A DNA stretch of 63,898 bases, filler included, from Phoronis australis (taxonomy: Eukaryota > Animalia > Phoronida), in assembly GCA_002633005.1 (NCBI GenBank). It is 7 parts of 7 records of this genome, joined end to end, with 100 filler letters (N's around TTAATTAATTAA, not from the genome) between each part and the next. Parts side by side here need not be neighbours in the genome. Positions count along the whole stretch, not along the records: positions 58,382 to 62,021 come from NMRA01002926.1; positions 62,122 to 63,898 come from NMRA01002042.1; 5 more parts are not named here. One strand, written 5' to 3'. The notes beneath the pieces were generated by a model. The model saw nothing but the letters and a program-made list of their open reading frames with translations, did not search any database and was not told the origin of the DNA. Shown piece after piece: positions 58,282-63,898 of the stretch. How positions within the stretch are numbered: the stretch's first letter is position 1; the number at the start of each line of letters is the position of its first letter. A program made the position numbers and the translations under genes.

Positions 58282-58381
58282 NNNNNNNNNNNNNNNNNNN
58301 NNNNNNNNNNNNNNNNNNNNNNNNNTTAATTAATTAANNNNNNNNNNNNNNNNNNNNNNNNNNNNNNNNNNNNNNNNNNNN
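58282..58381. other. Artificial contig-joining linker
   Basis: 44 N + TTAATTAATTAA + 44 N. Confidence 0.98.
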
Positions 58382-58822
58382 GAAGTGTAATTTCTATTGT
58401 GCAATCAAGTCAGAGTTGGTTTGTGAGAAATACTTGTTCGGAAATTGGTCAAAAGGTTAAATTTTGCTATATAGCGAACACCCATCAACTTAGTATAGAG
58501 CTGGACAGAAGAAATGGCATCCCCCGTGATCAAACATTGTATTCTGTTTGTAACAAAGGAGAAATAGGAATAGAGAGTTACTTTTGTTTCGATGTCCAGT
58601 TTTAGCAAATCTGAGATGTAGTTACTTGAGACATAGATCTATTACTAGTGACGATATACAACATCTGAATAACCTGGCGAACTTTATTATCAAATCATAC
58701 GAAATAAAAAACGATGAGTCTGTAAGTATCTGTGGACATATCTACCATGTAAAATATTGTTATCGTACAAATGTCTCGTGAACCAAAGCCTTTGAAGAAA
58801 TAAAACTATTCTATTACTATAA
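58382..58822 (+). mobile_element. Degenerate 3' end of a non-LTR retrotransposon (LINE ORF2 C-terminus)
   Basis: HQLSIELDRRNGIPRDQTLYSVCNKGEIGIESYF resembles the HxLxIExGRxxxxPRxxRxCxxCxxxxIGDExHF C-terminal motif; followed by AATAAA and a CTATT-type tail. Confidence 0.65.
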
Positions 58823-58996
58823 TTTTCCCAAATGACCTAGCACTGTAATAAGTGAACAAAAACTACGTTTCACAGCGCCACTGGCTTTCTTCCAAAATCT
58901 TGTTTACGAGAGGATCACTTGAAGTATTGGTGTTAGCTCTGATCTGAGTAATAATATCTCAATCACCACGAGTCAGCATTAGCAAATTTATTCCAG

Positions 58997-61642
58997 TTCT
59001 TAGCAAAGGGGGCCAGAATACTGAGTCGGCTGCGAGGAATCTCGAGAGTAAAGGTGCCACGATATACGTTGTAATACCATCTTCATTGAGTCATACGAGC
59101 TCAGCTTACGTGGAATTGTCATCAGTGGCCACAGATCCCGACTCCAAACATCTCATGGAGGTCAACAGTTACACGGATCTATCCACCCTCGACATAGGCC
59201 CACTAACACCAGCCAGTTGCTCATCAACAGGTATTTATTAATTAATCAAATTGATTTATTGATATTGATAAGACTGAAACATTAATCATCTCAGCAAGTC
59301 TACTTTTAAGTGCGCTTGCTATAATGATAAAAACCGGTTGGTGAAAACAAAAGCAATCTTCAGGTTCTTGGTGGCGACAGAAAAAGTTGATACTTAGCAT
59401 GGCAAGCAATTTGTACATGTTCTGCAAAAACTACGTTTCTCGACAATTTGAAGAAATGTATATTTATTTACACACAAACAACAGTGAACGGTATGTTTAC
59501 CCGGGGATCGCCATTTGGTATTATATAAAGACAGAAAAGAAAATATTGTATACACACAATATTGTAAATAGACAGCACCGTTGTGTATTGAACACATTAT
59601 GTATAACACTGTACTGTAGACATGACGAAATATTGTGCAACGGCGCTTATGAAACGTTATGAACGCAACCCTCCTGTTGCTCAGTTATCTATGCTTGTAT
59701 TCATTGAATACGGCTATAAATTATACTGATCGAGTTGTACCTTTTCGTTTTTTTTTCGGTTTCTTAATCAAAAGGTATGATATAAAGCCATGTTGTGCCC
59801 GAAAATCGCATTAAGACTAGATTCCTGTGAGTTTGGCGAGACCAAATAAGTTCATCACAAGCGAAGTATGAGATCTTGTTAGCTTTCACTCGCGAATATT
59901 GTAAGTAAGAAACGGGTCCGTGCATACATGTGTTTTTGTGTAATTCATTAAACCTGGAGTGGCATCGACGAGCAGCTCAGTGCGCGTAAAATTTAAAAAT
60001 GGAAAAGAATTCAATCACCTGACAACGATTGCCGGTGTCTTTCACTGAGATCATCAATGAAAACATTTTATGGAAATACGTGATCAAAATTAAAACCATT
60101 AGCAAACGGCACAAAGCTCCCCAAATCAACAGTACCCAACGAAATGGTTGTTTCAATATAGATATTGTCGTCCACTATAGGGAGCTGTCAAGCAACAGAT
60201 GGAATCCTGCTCTTAGATACGTCTGACGCGGTAACCTCCAACGATTTTCAAGAGCTCAAAAGGTTTTCAAAAGAAATCGTGAATGCCTGGGACTTCTCGT
60301 CCTCCACGATGTCTGTGATTAACTTTGGAAAGAAGAACAGTGAAGAGATATCTTTCTCCACGAGCAAGTCTGCTGTGATCTCAGCTATTGACGGCATGAA
60401 TCAGAAAGGTGGGGATGCATTCACTCACCAGGCTCTGAATGTGGCGAAACAGAGTTTGAAGCAAAACAAGCGAAGCGGCAAAACGTGGATTGTTATTTTG
60501 ATCAGTGCAGGTAAGAGTTGAATAGGCCTAGGAATGTTTGCTTCTGTCGACTCCAACGTACTTCCGCCCCGAGATCTACATCAGTTTTAGACCCCTCTAT
60601 CTCCAGTAGACAACCGTTTTACCTCCACTCCCTGCCGACGGCACTAATACCCTCCCCTCTTTGGTCACTTTAGCAGATTAGTAGCAATGGAAACTTTGGG
60701 GAGCTGGGAACAAATTAATGCAATTTCTCCAAACTTATGCCCAAGGTCAGCGCATCAAATTTCCCTGATGCATCATCAATTTAACGCGATTAGTGTACAA
60801 TAGTCTATGAACCGTTGGACATTCCTAGATACAATAAGTATGCAAATCAGAACCCGTGCTGGGAATAACTTTGGTCATCACATGGCAACACAGTATGAAA
60901 GCTAAAGGTACACGAATTCTGAGTTGATTACCGGTTGTTAAGTGGCAAACCTTTTTTGAAACCCGTAATTTGCCGCTGGTAGTTTTGGACAATTCACGAA
61001 GAGTTGCTATCAGATACATGTATCTGACGTGCAACTGGGAGAGCATAGGAGACCGTGCATCCCACGGAGGGTTGGGCGCCCTCCCCTAAAAATTCTTAGA
61101 GTTTAATTTGCAATCTAAAATCACAGAAAAATTATGATTTCCAGTACTTTGAGCACTTCAAAGATGCATTCTAACTATGCCGTTTCATCACTGTTTTGCA
61201 GTGTTAAGTAAAGGTGGGCAAAACACTGAAGCAGCAGCGAGAAACATTGAGAAGGAAGGTGCAATGAATTACGTAATCATCCCTGCATCACTTCACCACT
61301 CCAGTAATGCATACGTGGAATTATCGTCTGTTGCTACCGACCCGGACTCAAAAACACTTACTGAAGCTACAAGTTACTCTGCGCTGAGCTTGTCGCACGT
61401 GCAAACGCTTGTGTCAAATGCATGTCCACAGGAGACGACAACCACTGCCCAAGCGCCAACAACGAGCACTGAAGCACCAACAACGACGACGGAAACGCGA
61501 ACGACGACTACGGAAGCACCAAAAACGACCACACAAGCGCTAGATACGACTACACAGGTGCCAATCACAACTACACAGGTGGCAACCACGACTACACCGA
61601 CGCCAACAACGACTGTACAAGCGCCAACCACGACTACAAATT
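58997..61642 (+). CDS. Partial gene for a tandem-vWA protein with a Thr-rich mucin-like segment (3 exons)
   Basis: Exons 58997-59230, 60181-60510 and 61202-61642; GT-AG, all phase 1. Exon 2 is a vWA N-half (DGILLLDTSDAV...THQAL...IVILISA). Exons 1 and 3 are paralogous vWA C-halves (LSKGGQNTE.AARN.E...AYVELSSVATDPDSK). Exon 3 continues into ~7-aa TTTxAP repeats. Confidence 0.85.
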
Positions 61643-62021
61643 GTAAATATATACACTGATGTTGGTCAATAGTGAATCAAATAAACAAATTAACGCAGAA
61701 AAATCAGGAACCCCAACTGGGGATCCTGTGCAAAAGGCTCATGGAACGGACGACATAACAGTTGGCTGAAAACAGCAATTGCACAGATATAGAGTCCTCA
61801 GTAGCTCAGTGGTAAGAACATTAAAAATCAATAGCACCCAGAATTTATTGAGCAAGATGAATCCCCTCCATTCAATTGCTCGTTTGTAGAAGCTCCATGA
61901 CTTAAAAAGCAACAGTAGAATGCACAGAGCTCATTTCTGATTTAGTTAATAACGTGAAACGTTTTACTTTAAGTTGCTTCTTGTGGGACGGATGGCGTTC
62001 TACTGTTGGATACGTCGCAAA

Positions 62022-62121
62022 NNNNNNNNNNNNNNNNNNNNNNNNNNNNNNNNNNNNNNNNNNNNTTAATTAATTAANNNNNNNNNNNNNNNNNNNNNNN
62101 NNNNNNNNNNNNNNNNNNNNN
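62022..62121. other. Artificial contig-joining linker
   Basis: 44 N + TTAATTAATTAA + 44 N. Confidence 0.98.
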
Positions 62122-62604
62122 TGACTATAATGCTCATGTCAAAGGACCCCGACGACACGATACCAGCATTCAAATTGGAGATCCGTGATTTACAAGTGAG
62201 AGAACACGAGAGAAAAATTTCACTGAATTAAGATATCGTTTTTATGGAAATTATGCGTCTTATTTTTCATAGCGTATAAATGTCGGTGCAATGCCCTTTG
62301 CTGAACATGCGATTGTTGCGCGTGCTCATTTAAGTATTCTATAGCGTGATAAAATGTGTAGTAAGCTATAATAGTTGATAAACCTTAATTTATAAATTCA
62401 CTTTATTTATTTATTTATTATTTTGTTTTATTTTTAAATTGGTTTTGAGTAAAAGCATTATTTTACAAAAATATCTCGGCTTTTCTTAAAAGGTCACGAC
62501 CTTCGACCCCGGGCCTCTGACATAGAAAGTAGTTACAAAGCCGAGGCGAGTCGAGAAAGGTAGATCGATTCATTGCAATGTTCCTCGTTCAGTATGTGCT
62601 ATAA

Positions 62605-62768
62605 ATAGATTATTACATGTTCTCAGTCGTTATCTCCCTTATCTAGAGCCCTCGTGGATTTTGTAGAATTATCACCCTCGGAGCTAACGCCCCTCGGGCG
62701 ATAATTCTACAAAATCCACTCGGGCTCTAGATAACGGGGGATAACGACTTCGCCATGCAATAATCTAT
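62605..62768. mobile_element. Fold-back (almost fully palindromic) 164-bp MITE-like element
   Basis: Arms ATAGATTATTACATG..TTATCTAGAGCCC..GTGGATTTTGTAGAATTATC and their reverse complement surround a short loop. Confidence 0.75.
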
Positions 62769-63138
62769 ATTTATGTAGCGGTGTTGCAAAACGTGGCGTT
62801 CTACCCTTATTCTGTTGCTAAATTTGTGGATCCATCTTCTGCGTCAGGTTTTGGCGCCATGAAATATTGCGTCACCTATTGTTCAGTTTCGTTTTTCGCC
62901 GGTTCTTCAATCAACACTCGCTCTTTCACGAGGTTGCGAACACGTAACAACAAATTATCGAAACTGTTGTCACTTCATTATAGGTTTAGAGAATTTTGAT
63001 ACAGCAAACCGAATTTGAGAACAAATTTTGCTGTTGCGACGCTGTCGCATAAATTTAGGAAATGGCGCGTGCGTGTGACACGAGCGTACTGTTTTCAAAA
63101 CGACGACATACCTTTCATTGTTACAAAAGGTGGAGAAT

Positions 63139-63289
63139 CAGGGTCGGGTCCAGGATTTTGAGTTAGAAGGGGCCAGGCAGAGTATTAGCAAGGGTTTTGC
63201 CCGTCACACATTTGCACACCCGAACTGCCAAATGGAATCTGGGAGAATTTTAAGGGGGGGGGCATGGCCCCCTTCTAGATCCGCCAATG
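63139..63289. mobile_element. Short hAT-like MITE
   Basis: Diverged inverted ends CAGGGTCGGGTCCAG / CTAGATCCGCCAATG with a G/C-run subterminal hairpin; no clean TSD. Confidence 0.5.
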
Positions 63290-63898
63290 GGAATTACTCA
63301 AGAAAATGACGTTTGTTGCATTGTTTTCCACTTAAACGGTTGTAACGGGCAAGGCGAGTGTCGGTTAACTCCCAGATTTTGCATACACCCCATTCGGTCT
63401 TTAGCTCTACATGTTGATACAAGTTTCAAGGCGAGGTGACGAGCAGAACTACCCTGGCTGTGTGCAATTTTGAGGTTTGTCGGCGCTGATCACACCGTGG
63501 TCCCTAGGTGTATTTTGACGATAGTCTTCATGCAGTTGGCTGGCTGGCTACATGAATAAAAGATCTCTTACTGGTCTAAGTTTCATTTTTTTAAAAATAA
63601 ACGTTACCAACAACGGAAGAACGTGTCGAGAAAAAGCTTGACTGCTACCGAATTTACGGCTGAGATATGCTGGAGCCAAGCCATTGACACATCTGTACAT
63701 GCAACAGGCATAGATTCAAGCTTGGAGTACAAGTCTTCGACCGGGGTGTCCCTAGTTCTAGTACCCAGGATAGCCCAGGGAGCTTTATTTTGGATTACTT
63801 GAATTTTGTTAAAAATGTCGCTGGTATGTCCCCAAACCGGTAAACAATAATCAATACGAGGTTGAATAATTGAATGGTAAAGCGTCTTAAGAGTACTG

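Noticed and set aside
61793-61822. tRNA-like 5' sequence GTAGCTCAGTGGTAAGA
   Set aside because: Only an A-box-like fragment, with no anticodon arm, T-arm or B box; at most a SINE remnant.

Overview
This is intron-containing, AT-rich genomic DNA from an animal, probably a marine invertebrate (inferred from the gene and repeat families). It is not prokaryotic. The window is not contiguous: six identical artificial 100-nt linkers (44 N + TTAATTAATTAA + 44 N) join seven separate pieces, so adjacency across a linker means nothing. Piece 1 (1-22682) holds the 3' ~3,400 codons of a large lipid transfer protein gene (apolipophorin/apoLTP/apoB family) on the minus strand. I traced 17 GT-AG exons in frame, including one 5,631-bp exon made of ~50-aa repeats, followed by vWD, C8 and a vWA-like region. 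Piece 1 also holds a decayed THAP-domain element and a nested TTAA transposon insertion. Piece 3 (28011-51719) holds six core exons of a protein kinase N (PKN) gene on the minus strand plus candidate alternative exons. Its introns carry two copies of a 6-bp-TSD DNA transposon, Helentron-type non-autonomous elements and many minisatellites. Piece 4 has a ~93-bp tandem array with a ~38-bp palindrome in each unit. Piece 6 has three exons of a tandem-vWA, Thr-rich protein and a LINE 3' end. I found no rRNA, tRNA or CRISPR array and cannot support a wholly new biological system. The best leads are the repeat-built giant exon, a possible internal ATG exon giving a truncated PKN, the 6-bp-TSD element containing an expanded satellite, and the palindromic array.
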